A stretch of 64,000 nt of DNA from Salpingoeca rosetta (Eukaryota > Protista > Choanoflagellata): positions 852,335-916,334 of the forward strand of contig JAWQFM010000015.1 of assembly GCA_033442325.1 (NCBI GenBank). The letters run 5' to 3'. The translations under genes and the position numbers were made by a program. Of the stretch, positions 39,501 through 60,441 are shown piece by piece (position 1 is the first letter of the stretch; each line of letters opens with the position of its first letter). The notes under the pieces were generated by a model. That model had not been told where the DNA came from and did not search any database. It was given only the letters and a program-made list of their open reading frames with translations.

Positions 39501-41024
39501 ATGATTGATGTGCGCGCGTTTTCTTTCTCATAAACTCTCTCTTTGTTATGTTGTTATGTTTCACGCCCTCATCCCATTTCCACATACAACACATGTTCAC
39601 GCGTCGTCGCATGTCGTGCGTGTTTGCATGTGCAGGTCCCTTTACCATCATCACCTTCCCGTTTCTGTTTGCGGTGATGTTTGGCGACCTCGGCCACGGC
39701 TTCCTGATGATGCTTGTCGCGCTTATGCTCGTCCTCAAGGAGAAGTCGCTCAAGAACTTTGACGGCGGCGAGATTTGGGACACCATGTTCAACGGCCGTT
39801 ACATCATCCTCCTCATGGGCCTCTTCTCCATGTACACCGGCTTTGTCTACAATGACATCTTCTCAAAGGCCCTCTCCTTTGGCAGCGGGTGCGTTGGTGC
39901 TTTCTGTGTTGTGTTGTGTGTTTGTGTGTGTGGTTGCGTGTGTGCGTGTCTGTGAAAGTTGGTGTGTGTGCAAGTGTGTGTGAGTGTGAGTGAGGATGTC
40001 ATTCACTCTTTCTTTTCTTTTTCTTTTTTTGCTGTTTTGTTGGCGTTGTTGCAAACCGTCCTCCCTCGTCATCTTGTCTTCACGCGAGTGTCATTCCATA
40101 CGTTACTCACCGTCCCTCAAACCTGCTGTTCCTGTAACGCTGCCGTTCCTGTAACCCCCCCCCCCCGGCCCTTCGTCCCATTGATTGGCAGGTGGTCCAT
40201 CTCTGAAGAGGAGATTCCCATGAACATCACTGGCAGCGCCACGCTTGAGCTTCGCGCTCCTTACCTTGATCTGAACGGCACGCTTCACAATGGCGACCTC
40301 AGGCACGCGTACGCCTTTGGCATCGACCCCGTACGTACCGCATCTTACTGCTTTGCGTGGGCGTGTGTGTGCGTGCGTGTGTGTGTGTGTGTGTTGTGCT
40401 GCTCGTGTGCGTGTGTATGAGTGTGTGTATGTGCTTTTGCAGGTTGTAGTCCAAGTTGTTGTGTTTCTGTGCACTCGCCCCATACATTGCCCTGCTCTGG
40501 CGTTTCAACTCACCGTGCATCGCATTCATGCCACCCTGCACCCCCGTGCTACAAACTCCTCAGATGTGGCAAGTCTCCGAGAACAAGCTGACGTTTACCA
40601 ACTCGTACAAGATGAAGCTCTCCGTCATCCTCGGCGTCCTTCAGATGCTCTTTGGTGTCGTCCTCAGCCTCTTCAACCACAGGTGCGCGTGTTTGCGCTG
40701 AGATGTCACTGGGGTGCCGAAGGTTGAGCGCACTATGTGGGCGCAGTATTTGCTGTCTTTTTTTTTTGGGGGGGGGGGGCTGCGTCTCTGTGAACCATTT
40801 TGTCCTGACCTCGAGCATGACCCTGTGTGGTGTTGATGCCGCTGCTGCCGCTGCTGCGGACAACAGGTTCTTCAAGAAGTCGCTTCGCATCTGGCACGAG
40901 TTCATCCCGCAAACGCTCTTCCTCAGCTGCATCTTCGGTGCGTTGCGTGTCTTTTGACTATTTCCTGGCGGGTTTTGTGACCTTGTCTCCTTAAACTGCC
41001 TTATTTTTATTTATTTTTATTTTT

Positions 41025-41065
<41 letters not shown>

Positions 41066-43326
41066 GCTTTGTTGCTCGCATCTTGCTTTATCGCACGTGT
41101 CATCCTCATTGCTCACACTTCCATGCCATCATCATTCATCGCTTCTTCTTCCCTCATCCTCGTCACCACCGCCACCGCTACCATCGTCATGACCATCGCC
41201 GCCGCGCAGGCTATCTTGTGATTTGCATTCTGTACAAGTGGTCGACGCCGCTGGACGATTTCCCCAACCAGAGCGCGCCCTCGCTGCTGATTATGCTCAT
41301 CAACATGTTCCTCCGCTTTGGTCTGCCCCCGCCCAAGGAGCAGGTCCTCTACGGCGACAAGGTGTGTGCGTGTGTGCGTGTGTGCGTGCGTGTGTGTGTG
41401 TATCTTTGCTTGCAGCACGTGTTTTTGTTGTTGCATCATGCATTGGTACACCTTCATCTCACTCGTCGCTGTCGTCCGCACTGCGTTGTTTCTTTCTGCT
41501 TCCATGTCTCTGTTTTGCAGGAGGGTAACCTGCAAGGCAAGGTGCAGATGGCGCTCGTTGTGATTGCGGTGGTGTGCGTCCCCTGGATGCTCCTTACCCG
41601 GCCCCTCATCCTCCGATCACGCCAGAAGCGCCGCGAACGCGAGGGTAAGACAAAATCACCACCTGCTGCCTTGCACGCCTGTTGGCTGCCACACTGTCCG
41701 AGAGCCTTCTCTTTTCCTTCTCTTGTTCCTTTTGCTTCTTCTTCTTCCTCTTCCACTTCTTCCACCCTCTCTTCATTGCTTTCCTTTCCTTGCTTCATTT
41801 CTTTCTTCCCCACATCTCTTTCTCTTTTCTCTTCGCCTTCCCCTCCTGGCCCATCCCCATCCTTTGTTGTCACCGCTCTCCACCTTCATGGCGCGGCCAC
41901 ACCGTGCCGTGTGCTGTGAATATGATTCCACTTCTGAGCGAACACCAAACGTTCTGCTGGTTCTACTGTACTGTGTGCACTTGATTGCTCTCTTCCCCAC
42001 GTGCTTGCACAGCCCAAGTAACTCGCAACACCTTCTTGTTGTTCTTGTCCTCAAACGCCCTTGTTCTTCTTCCCTCTCCGTTCTTCTTCCGTCTTCCCCT
42101 CTATTATCGTTTTCTTCTTTTGGACCTGTTGCTTGCATGTGCAAGTGCTTTTGGGTCTGCAAGCAGCCAAGCCAGGCGTCCTTGTTTTGTAGCGTTGCAT
42201 GTGTGTTAACTTGTTGCGCCCTTTTGTTTTGCATTCGATAGCTGAAGCCCGTGTGCGTGCAGGCATGCTGCAGGGAAGCGACGACGACCACGACGATGGC
42301 CATGGCGACGAAGAGGTGTGTGTGTGTGTGTGTGCGTGGGTGTGGGTGTGTGTGTGTGTGCGTGTGTACGCGGGTGATGACTGCCGCTTTGTCATTGCTC
42401 GTCTTGTTCAGCAACTCACTCTCGACGTGCCTCCCATTCTTGCATCAGCACTCGTTTGGCGAGATGATGGTGCACCAGGCCATCCACACGATTGAGTTTT
42501 GCCTTGGCTGCATCTCCAACACGGCGTCATACCTTCGCCTGTGGGCCCTGTCGCTTGCGCACGCCCAGCTGTCCGAGGTGCTGTGGGACATGGTGCTGCA
42601 CAACGGCTTTACCAGCTGGTACCTCCTCTTTTGCGCATTTGCCGTCTGGGCCGTCCTCACCATTGGCGTTCTCCTCATCATGGAGGTGCGTGCGTGTGGA
42701 TGATATGTGTGTGTGCGCATGTGTGCGTGTGCGTGCTTGTGTGTGCGTGTGAATGATATGTGTGTGCGTGTGTGTTCGTGTGGGTGGGTGTGCGTGCGTG
42801 CTTGTGGGTTCGGATAATGACGTTTTCGTGTGTATGCTGAACCCATTTGACTGCTCTGTTGACGCTGCTTGGTGGGAACGGGGACAACCAACCCCCCCCC
42901 CCCCTTCCCCCCAAACCTCCATCCATACGACATTCACACATGCACATTGTTTCTGTATCCATCTCCTCCTCCTCCCCCCCCCTCCTCTTCCTCCTCCTTC
43001 CCTCCACCAAACAGGGCTTGTCTGCGTTCCTGCACGCGTTGCGTCTGCACTGGGTCGAGTTCCAGAACAAGTTCTACGATGGCAACGGCTATCTCTTCAC
43101 CCCCTTCCACTTTGAGTGCGTTGTCTCGCGTGTGCAGCGAGTTGCGTGCTGTTTGGGAAGCTTCTCTCTGCGTCCCCCCCCCCTGCCCCATGTTCCACTG
43201 CCACATGCTCGCACTCCTCTCACCTCATGTTTTCTGTTCGTGTCGTGAATTGATTGAAATGCCACCATTTTTTGTTTATTTTTTTGCAGGCGCGTGCTCA
43301 AGGGCCAGGATGATGACGCAGCGTAG
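36305..43326 (+). CDS. ATP6V0A: V-type proton ATPase V0 subunit a (Vph1/ATP6V0A family), many exons
   Basis: [125 protein letters not shown] (essential Arg present), [21 protein letters not shown]. Confidence 0.98.
38425..38627 (+). repeat. Intronic 203-bp element, copy 1 (candidate structured ncRNA or short mobile element)
   Basis: Identical to 41831-42033 except for 2 substitutions; lies inside V-ATPase intron 38307-38842. Confidence 0.9.
41831..42033 (+). repeat. Intronic 203-bp element, copy 2
   Basis: Direct repeat of 38425-38627; lies inside V-ATPase intron about 41645-42241. Confidence 0.9.
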
Positions 43327-43561
43327 ACGAGTGGCCCTCTTTTAGTTTCTCTTTTGTCTTGCCTCCCCAGCACACACCTCCACACACTTTCGCCTCGGCG
43401 CTGTTGGCTACGTGCCATGCACACACACACATGCACACACATGCATACACTCATACGCCCACACATGATGTTCCCCTTTCCTTTGTGTTTATGTTTGTTC
43501 TGAGACTACGAAGACCTGAGACTCTCCCTCCCCACACCTGTGTCAACAACAACATGTTCGC

Positions 43562-43620
<59 letters not shown>

Positions 43621-43909
43621 CCAAACACTGTGCTCACTCAAGTAAACTACCCACACCTCGATCAGCGCGTCAAAAGACGTGAAGGGCCGGGGCTTGCCAC
43701 CGCCGACGCGACACGACAGACAGAAAAGTTTGACAAAGTTCTGAAGAGTGGGCATATCTTCAAGAAATAATCGCAATAATGACGACACCATTTATGCCTT
43801 TGTTCTTCACGGTGGCGGCGTTGTGCGAACACACCACACACCAACAATAACAACCCTCTCCCTCCTCCCCCTTCCCCCCCCCCCACACACACACGTCAAC
43901 CGGTGCAGG

Positions 43910-44302
43910 ATGATGCTGGGGCGGCGCATCACTGGGATGATTGGCGCAGTGCTGCTGGTGTCGCTGCTGGTGAATGGGCTCATGTATGCGCGGCACTGGC
44001 AGTCCACGACCGCGTCGCCAGTTCACGAGAGCGCCCTTGAGCATGCACGACGGCAAGCTGAGGAGCAGCAGGATCGTGCACAGGACGCGCTCCTGGCAAA
44101 AGCCGACCTGGAGAAGAAGCACGAGGACGCGCTCAAGGCGCTCGAGGCCGAACGCCAACGCCACGAGAACGAGATCCAGCAGCTCAAGGACAAAATTGAA
44201 CACATCCACGACAACCACGACCAACAACAGCAGCAACGCGACAATGATGAGCAGCAACACAACAACAACCAGCAGCAGCACCACAACAACAACAACTACC
44301 AA

Positions 44303-44346
<44 letters not shown>

Positions 44347-47300
44347 CCAGAGCAACGAGGAAAGGCACAGTGAGAACGAGAAAAGACACAGTGAGAACGA
44401 CAACTTGCCAGGCGCCGTGCGCAGGGTGTTTGACGATCGGGCGGGAACATGCAAAGCAGAGACCAAGATTGTGTACGTCAAGACACACAAGACCGGGTCC
44501 AGCACGCTCACCAACATCTTCCACCGCTTTGCGTATAAGCACAGCCTCAAGGTGGTGCTGCCCAAGAGCAACGTCTTCCTCGGGTGGCCACGCAGCGCGG
44601 GCATCCCCACCTCGTACGTGCCGCTGCCCGGCGCAGAGGGCAACTACGACATCTTCTGCTCCGCACACACGCGCTACAGCCGCAAGTACATTGAGCCCAT
44701 CGTGCCCAACGCCAAGTACATCACCATCTTTCGCGAGCCCACCTCACACTTCAAGTCGTCGTGGAGCTACTGGAACGTGCCCTCGCACATCAAGCGCGTC
44801 TCCGGCATGAGCGTGACGATGGAGGAGTTCCTGAAGGACCCGGAGACGTGGTTCCCGCGCGGGCTCAAGGGCGACAGGGACCTGCTGCACAACAGCTTTG
44901 CCTTTGACTTTGGGTTTGATCACACGTACACGCAGGCGGAGGTGGACAAGCTCATCGCGCACCTGGACACGTTCGCCCTCGTGCTCATCACGGAGTACAT
45001 GGACGAGAGCCTGGTGCTGATGAAGCGCAAACTGTGCTGGGAGCTGGAGGACGTGGTGTACTTTGCCCTCAAGGTGAACAAGCGCAAGCCGAAGAAGTCG
45101 CTGCCCGCAGACGTGCGTGAGCGCATCCTCAAGCTCAACTGGGTGGACGCGCAGCTGTACGACCACTTCAACAAGACGCTGTGGAGGGAGATTGCGCAGG
45201 AGAAGAACTTTGCGGAGGAGGTGGCGGCCTTCAAGCAGCTCAAGGAGCAGCTGTCCACGCAGTGCGAGCGCTGGGCCACGTGGAACGAGGACCAGCACCG
45301 CAAAGCGCTCTTGGAGGAGGAGGGGAAGCCGCTGCCGCCCAAGCAGAAGCAGTGCCACCTGGCGCAGATGGACAGCGTCGGCTTTGTCAAGTTTCTCAAG
45401 CAGATTGCGGGCGTCCCCGACAAGGAGTGCAGCACGCAGGGCCAGCCCAAGAAGAAGATTGTCTATGTCAAGACGCACAAAACTGGCTCGAGCACGCTTA
45501 CCAACCTGCTGCACCGCTACGTCCACAAGTACAACCTGCGGCCCGTCCTGCCCAAGAACGACATCTTCCTGGGCTACCCGAACAAGGAGGCCCTCATGTC
45601 CTCGTACGTCAAGCTGCCGCCCGTGCACGGCAAGGACGAGTACGACGTGCTGTGCAGCGCGCACTCCATCTACGACCGCCCGCGCATGGACAAGCTCGTG
45701 CCCAACGCCGCCTACATCACCGTGCTGCGCGACCCGGCCACCCAGTTTCTGTCGTCGTGGAAGTACTGGCACGTGACAGACCACATCAAGTCGCGCACGG
45801 GCAAGGACGTGACGCTGGAGGAGTTTGTGGACAACCCAAACGCGTACCGGCAGTACCTGTCCGAGGGCGACCATCGCCTCATCCACAACTCGATGGCGGT
45901 GGACCTGGGCCTGTCCAGCTCGCCGACGCGGGAGGAGGTGGAGACGCTCGTGCGCGACCTCAACTACCACTTTGACATGGTGATCATCACGGAGTACTTT
46001 GACGAGTCGCTCATCATGCTGCGGCGGCAGCTGTGCTGGGAGAAGGAGGACATCCTGTACCTCTCGCTCAAGGTCAGCAAGCAGTCGAAGAAGGGCGGAT
46101 ACGAGGTGCCGGCTGCCTTCCGCGCCAAGGTTGCGCAGTACAACTGGGCAGACGCGCGGCTGTACGACGCGCTGAACCAGACGCTGTGGTACCGCGTGCG
46201 CCACGCCATTGGCTTCCAGCAGGAGCTCGACTGGCTGCGGCAGGAGAAGGAGCGCATTGCGGACCTGTGCCAGCCGTTCACCACCATGGGCGACAACATG
46301 CACCGCAAGGCCGTCATGGAGCACCCGGACAGCGTGGACGAGGACGAGCAGCTGTGCCACCTCATGATGCTCGACTCGCCAGGCTTTGTCAAGATGCTCA
46401 AGGCAAAGTACGGCAAGGCGGACCAGGAGTGCCACAACCAGCCGCGCGATCCACGCTCCATCGTGCTCTCCTCCGTGCTGCGCACACCGCCGGGCCTGGC
46501 CATTGCACGCGTGGCGCAGCGCATGCAGCTCACGCGGCCAACGCGCACCGTCGTCGCTGCCGAGGGCGTGACCAGCATCGGGTGGCCCGAACACGCCACG
46601 ACGGAGGCCGACCTGAAGGCGCGCGTATGGAACAGCGGGTCGCGCGGGCCGGGCACGTTTGTCGGCGTGGATGTGCCGCTGAACAAGAAGCTGCTTGCCT
46701 CTGTTGTGCACAACCCGTACATTGTGATTGTGGTGGCCAACCCCACGGTGACGCTGGCGACGGTGTGGGACGAGCTGGGCGCGGGCGATGTGCTGCGCGA
46801 GGCGACTGGTGGTGATGTGTCGTTTGCCGACTACGTGCGCAGCCCATCGACATATGCCTCGCACCTCGACTCCACCACGGTGGCCCGGCTGAAGAACCCG
46901 CTGGCCCGTGCGCTCGGGTACAATGGCGACGGCAGGCGGTCGAGCGTGAACACGTTTCTGCGCGACCTGACCAAGGAGGTGGGCACGTTTCTGATTGGCG
47001 ACCACTTTTACGAGTCTGTAGTGCACTTCCGCCGCGTGTTCTGCCTGCCGAGCGACGCGTTTGTGGTGGAGGAGCCCGAATTGCCGCCACACGTGGAGGA
47101 GGACTGCAAGGACAGGACGGTGATGAAGGCCGTGGAGGCGCACAGCCCTGTTGACGCAACCATCTTCAGCACGCTCAACTCGACGTTCTTCCGACGGCTG
47201 CAACGGGAGGTGCTGCTGGAGAGCGAGATCAGTCAGGTGAAGAAGCACACCGCGTCTTTCGAGAAGGACTGCGCATACATGAAGCTTGACATTCACCAGC

Positions 47301-47458
47301 GACACGACGACGCCTTGAGCATGCTGACCGGTGCTGGTGCTGCTGGTGCTGCTGGTGCTGCTGGTGGAGGTTCGAAGCCGACGACGCAGCAGAAGCGGTG
47401 TGTTGCGATGGGGTTGAACATGCAGGAGCTTGACGAGGCAATCAGGAAACGGCACTAG
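43910..47458 (+). CDS. Galactose-3-O-sulfotransferase-like type II membrane protein with three tandem sulfotransferase domains (third degenerate); single coding exon
   Basis: N-terminal signal anchor (MIGAVLLVSLLVNGLMY), coiled-coil/polyQ stem, two copies of the 5'-PSB motif YVKTHKTGSSTLTN (about 44470 and 45460), 3'-PB motifs FREPTSHFKSSWSY and LRDPATQFLSSWKY, ITEYxDESL motifs; a third colinear but diverged copy from about 46455. Confidence 0.9.
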
Positions 47459-47956
47459 TAGTAGTGTGATGTGATCTGCTGTTGTGTTGTTATGTTTGTG
47501 GTTGAGTCTATGTGTTTGTGTTTGTGTTTGAGTTTATGTGTGTGTTTGTTGTTGTGTCTGTTGTGTGTGTGGGTGTGTGTGTTTGTTGTTGTGTCTGTTG
47601 TGTGTGTGTGTGTGGGTTTGTTGTTGTGTTTGTGTGTGTGTGTGTTTGTTTGTTTGTTTGTGCGTTTGCGTATGCAGCTGTAGTTACCGTGCTATCGTCC
47701 TGACAAGACAAGATTTGTTTGAATGCATTTCATGCGTGCGCTTGCTTTGGGCATTGTCCATGGGGTGTTCACCAGCACGTACATTCATAAACAACAACGG
47801 GAACGCTAACAGAGTGAAGTGGCACAGCCACAATCACAGTGAGGGCATCCAAGACGAGTTGACTACAGAATTGACAGGGGAGTGTGCATGTGCACGATCA
47901 CAACATCATGTGGATCTGCACGTTGCAATGGAAGCATTATGTGCTTGCAACGGTTG

Positions 47957-48213
47957 TCATGGTGGCACTTGTGCGCATAGCGAGCTGCTCTTGGCGGCAA
48001 TGTGCTCTCGGATGAGCTGGACAAGTTCACGAGCAGAGGGGACGGCGAAGGGTGTGACAGCACGGCGTTGGGTCACTTTCGATCTCTTGCGAGGTGATGA
48101 AGAAGTGGATGCCATTGATGCGGTGTTGTTGTTGTCGCCGCTGTCATCTGCACATGCTTTTCTCCTCTGTTCGCTGCCATGTTTGACACCCTCACGATTG
48201 TTGTCACCACGAC

Positions 48214-48268
<55 letters not shown>

Positions 48269-50000
48269 GTTGTCGCTGCTCTGTATCTCCTTCACAATCT
48301 CCTTCATGTCATCGATCCATGCATTCACCGCGCACTCGAACTCGGGTTCGTCCAAGCGCTGTACGTGTGTGTGTGTGTGTATGTGTGTGTGTGTATGTGT
48401 GTGTGTATGTGTGTATGTGTATGTGTGTGTGTGTGTGCCTGTTTGCGTCGATAGGAGGCCACTGCAGTGAGAACAAAACATCATATCACTGACATTTCCG
48501 CCGTCCGTCTCACACACCTGGAAGATGGCGGTGCAGGTGTTGAGAATTGCGCGTGCAATTGGCGTCGGTGCCCATGCGAGTGTTTCCCGCGCGTGTACAA
48601 CGGAGACGGGTGGGCCCGTTATCGAGGGAAAATACTGCACAGCCGACGCGTGCACAAGGACATCCTACTCAGCATGTGTGCCAGGGAGAGGGAGGTAAAA
48701 TGACATGTAAGACGAACGACATGGCGCAGACAAGACGCCACTGCACACGTGCACCTGTGGGGTATCCATCCACACACGCGCGCGCGCTCACGGAGCCGTA
48801 AGTACACACACACACACACACACACACACTCACTCACACACACACACACACACACACTCACTCACTCACACACATACACACACACACACACGCACGCGCA
48901 CGCACACACACACGCACGCGCATGCGAAAATTTACTCGTGTTCGTACCGGGTCAGCAGCGCACGCGTCTGCAATGTATTTGACAAACTGACGAACGGTGA
49001 TGGCGTCCTCACAGGCGAGATTTACGGCCGTGTGCTGAGTGATGACAGCGAAATGAAGGACAGGAAGCACATTGGAGTAGGGTGAGGGGGTGACGATTGT
49101 GGGGGGCACGATTTCGGGCATTGTATGAAACCCACGCGACATGTACGAGCAAACACACACACACTCACTCATATACACACACACACACACACTCACTCAC
49201 TCACTCACTCACTCACTCACTCACTCACTCACTCACTCACTCACTCACTCACTCACTCACTCACTCACTCACTCACTCACTCACTCACTCACTCACTCAC
49301 TCACTCACTCACTCACTCATTCACACACTCACTCACTCACTCGCTCATTCACACACACACACACACACACTCACTCACTCACTCACTCACACACTCACAC
49401 ACACGCAGCACAGGTTCCCACCGACAAAATCACACCTGTGGGTCGTGCCATGCGTGATCAGGGACGGTGTGTGGCTGTGTCACGAGCCGCGCAACGAGTA
49501 TGGCCACGTCGTGCGAATACACGAAGCGAACCCGCTTGTCTGCAACGTCACGCGGAAGCAGTAATGGCAGGCGCAGGTGGTGCGACGCGATGGCGTTGGC
49601 CGCAAATGCAATGAACCGGTCTGTGCTGTCACGAGGCCCAATCACATCTGCAAGCCTGCACGCACACGCACACACGCACATATGGGAGCAAAAGCGTTGA
49701 CGTTTTGTGCATGCGCGCGCAAGTGTGAGCTCGTACACGTGACTGTGAACGCAAGACGTGCAAGTCTTGCTGTGTTGCTCCCTCTTTCCCTCCCTCCCAA
49801 CACACGCACATATGCACACACACACACCTAAGGATGAGGTGGGGAATACGGCGGGCCGCGCACTGCTGTCGCACCGCCTTTTCCGCCTTCAACTTCGCAT
49901 GCCCATAGCTGTCCCTGTTGCGGTGATGTGCATCGTACACAATGCTGTCAAAGGGGATCATGCAAAAAGATACTTGCATGATGCTCCCACTTTATGCACC

Positions 50001-50090
<90 letters not shown>

Positions 50091-51044
50091 TACAACCACA
50101 CACACACGCACACATCACGCAAACACACACATAACGCAAACACAAAAACACACACACATCACGCAAACATGCACACATGCAAACCTGCACATACACGCAC
50201 AACTGCACACCTCCGTTTGAGTCGTTTCCTTGCTTTGGTATTGGCTGGGCGCGTCGCCATGTGCTCGTGAACTTCACGTTCTTCACCATGAGAGCGCGAG
50301 CGCTCCTCGGCTCCGGCGCAGACCTCATACACAGAGTCTGTGCTGATGAAGATATATCGCTCCACGGATATGTCGTCCACAAGCACGTGCTCAAACACGT
50401 CGTTGACCCAGGCGGGCTTGTAGCCACTGAAATCAAGAACGGTCCATCTACAACCAGCATCGCGTCTGCTGTACGTTTGCAACGCTTCACAGGGATCAAA
50501 CCAGAGAAGCTGTGAGAATTAAGGGGGGTGGGAGATCATCGTGGCTTGTGCCCACAAGAACAAGCGGACGCCGTGCATGAGCAGGTCTCACTTTTGCGCA
50601 GTCTATCCAGTCCCTTTTTCTTCTTGCGATCTAGTTTTACGTGGTGCTGGTTTGCCTCCACCTCAGGCGGCAACAACCAGTCATGCCTGTGGACGAGGGC
50701 TCAGTGGTGCGGAACACGATCACACACAACGAACAGCGGGAGCCAGTTGAGTAACATGCAACTCGCCATGCACGCTTGAACTGCGACCCACAACAGACAA
50801 CAAGAACGCTTGAACTGCAACACACACACACACACACACTCACACACACACACACACACACACACTCACGCACATCCACAAACATGTTGACCTACCGTCC
50901 TCGGTTTGCGGTGATGATGGGACCGATGGGGCGCTGCCGGCTTTCAACTGGCAGCAGCAGCAGTGCTTCCAGGGCTGCTGCACCCAAGCATCCGTTGCCG
51001 CCCAGCACAAGCAAAGAGCAGCTGGCACCCGTCTCCTCACTCAT
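47957..51044 (-). CDS. NAD(P)-binding Rossmann-fold epimerase/dehydratase-like protein (extended/atypical SDR) with acidic C-terminal tail
   Basis: LLVLGGNGCLG...ITANRG, VLDFSGY, RYIFISTDSVY, YGHAKLKAE (YxxxK), ILR|LADVIGPRD, FVYSHDVA, VNLACED; poly-Asp from (GAT)n at about 48213-48270. Exon structure between 50450 and 50890 is unresolved. Confidence 0.75.
49188..49400. repeat. (TCAC)n tetranucleotide array, (GTGA)n on the sense strand of the SDR gene
   Basis: More than 30 consecutive TCAC units in an intron. Confidence 0.95.
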
Positions 51045-51674
51045 CTTCTGTGTCCGGGAATCGATTTGCCAATTGCACCGGATTCGCAAATTGCACGACT
51101 GAATTCAGTTGTATCGCTTTCGTCAAGGAAGAAGAGGACAACAACCACACACAACGACAAGCAGCAGACTTGCGTTTGGGGATCGCAACAGAACGAACAG
51201 CAGCACACCGCAGCACACACACGACGCTGTTCCTGGTTGGTTGTCATGTCACATCACGTCGCCGCTTCCGCTGTGTGTGCTTGTACATTGCTTGATTGGT
51301 GCTCGTGGGGTGCTGTGGTGGCATGACATCCAACCGTGTGTGATCGTGTTGTTTGTGTTGTGTTGTGCATGTTGTGTGTTGAGGCTTTGTGCAGGCTATG
51401 CTTTGTTTGTCCATCCTTTGTGACTGTTGTTGTTGGCGTCTTTGTTGCCTTGTTCGGCGTGAACCAAGTATGCAAGCCACCATCTCACTCGTCTGCGATG
51501 CACTTCTTGCTCCTGCCGCGTATTGTTTGTGGTGCAGTGAACTGGCAAAGTGTGCTCGTGGACGGAGAGCGGGGTCGCTGTGCGAGTTGTGAGCATTTGA
51601 GGGCTTGTGTGTTGCATGGTGTTGCGGGTGTTACGCGTGCGTGAGAAGGTGGTGGTGGCACACAGCAGAGAGCC

Positions 51675-59630
<7,956 letters not shown>

Positions 59631-59964
59631 TCACGGGCGAGTGGAGAGCGTGGCATGGGGTGTGGTGTATGGTAGGATGTGTGTGGGATGTCGTGACAGT
59701 CGAAGTGGCTTCACTTTTTCTTTGGCTGACTATTGTGTATGAGATTCGATGTTGTATTAATAGAGGTTTTGTGTGCATGCTGTTTATTATCCATGCATGG
59801 AATCTATTTGTCTTTGGCGTGTTATTTTTTTCCGTTCAACGAACAAAAGCGAAAGCAACAACCAACCGACAAAGAAGAAGCAAAAGCTGCCGACACACAC
59901 ACACCGTCGCAAGAAGCAGTTAGGCACACAGACAGCGCGGAAGAGAGAGAACCAAGCACGCATC

Positions 59965-60364
59965 ATGGCTGAGGCATACATTGAGAAGCAGTTGGCAAAC
60001 GCCCGCGGAGATGATGAGGACGTGTGGAAGGAGGTGCAAACCTTGCACAACAGAAAGTGCGTAGGTTTGATCGAGCGTACCGATGGATGTGGTGGTTGGT
60101 GTGCAGTGTGTGTGTGTGTGTTTGTGTAGGTGTGTGCGCGTATGTTGTGTGTGTGGGTGTATGCGCGTGTGTTGTATGTGTGTGGGTGTGGAGGTGTGTG
60201 TGTGTGTGGGTGTGGATGTTTGCAGGCTTGCTTTGCTTGGTGAGGCGTGTGCTCACGGCCCTCCACTTCACTGCCTGTTGTTTGCCTTAGGCTGTGGCAT
60301 CAGCTTTCTGTCAAGATCACAGAGATGCTGTCCAGCGACTTGTTTGCGTCAGGCGGCATGGTCG

Positions 60365-60441
<77 letters not shown>

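Noticed and set aside
44744-47455. 903-aa antisense ORF
   Set aside because: Mirror of the GC3-rich sulfotransferase CDS; no motifs, composition typical of a shadow ORF.
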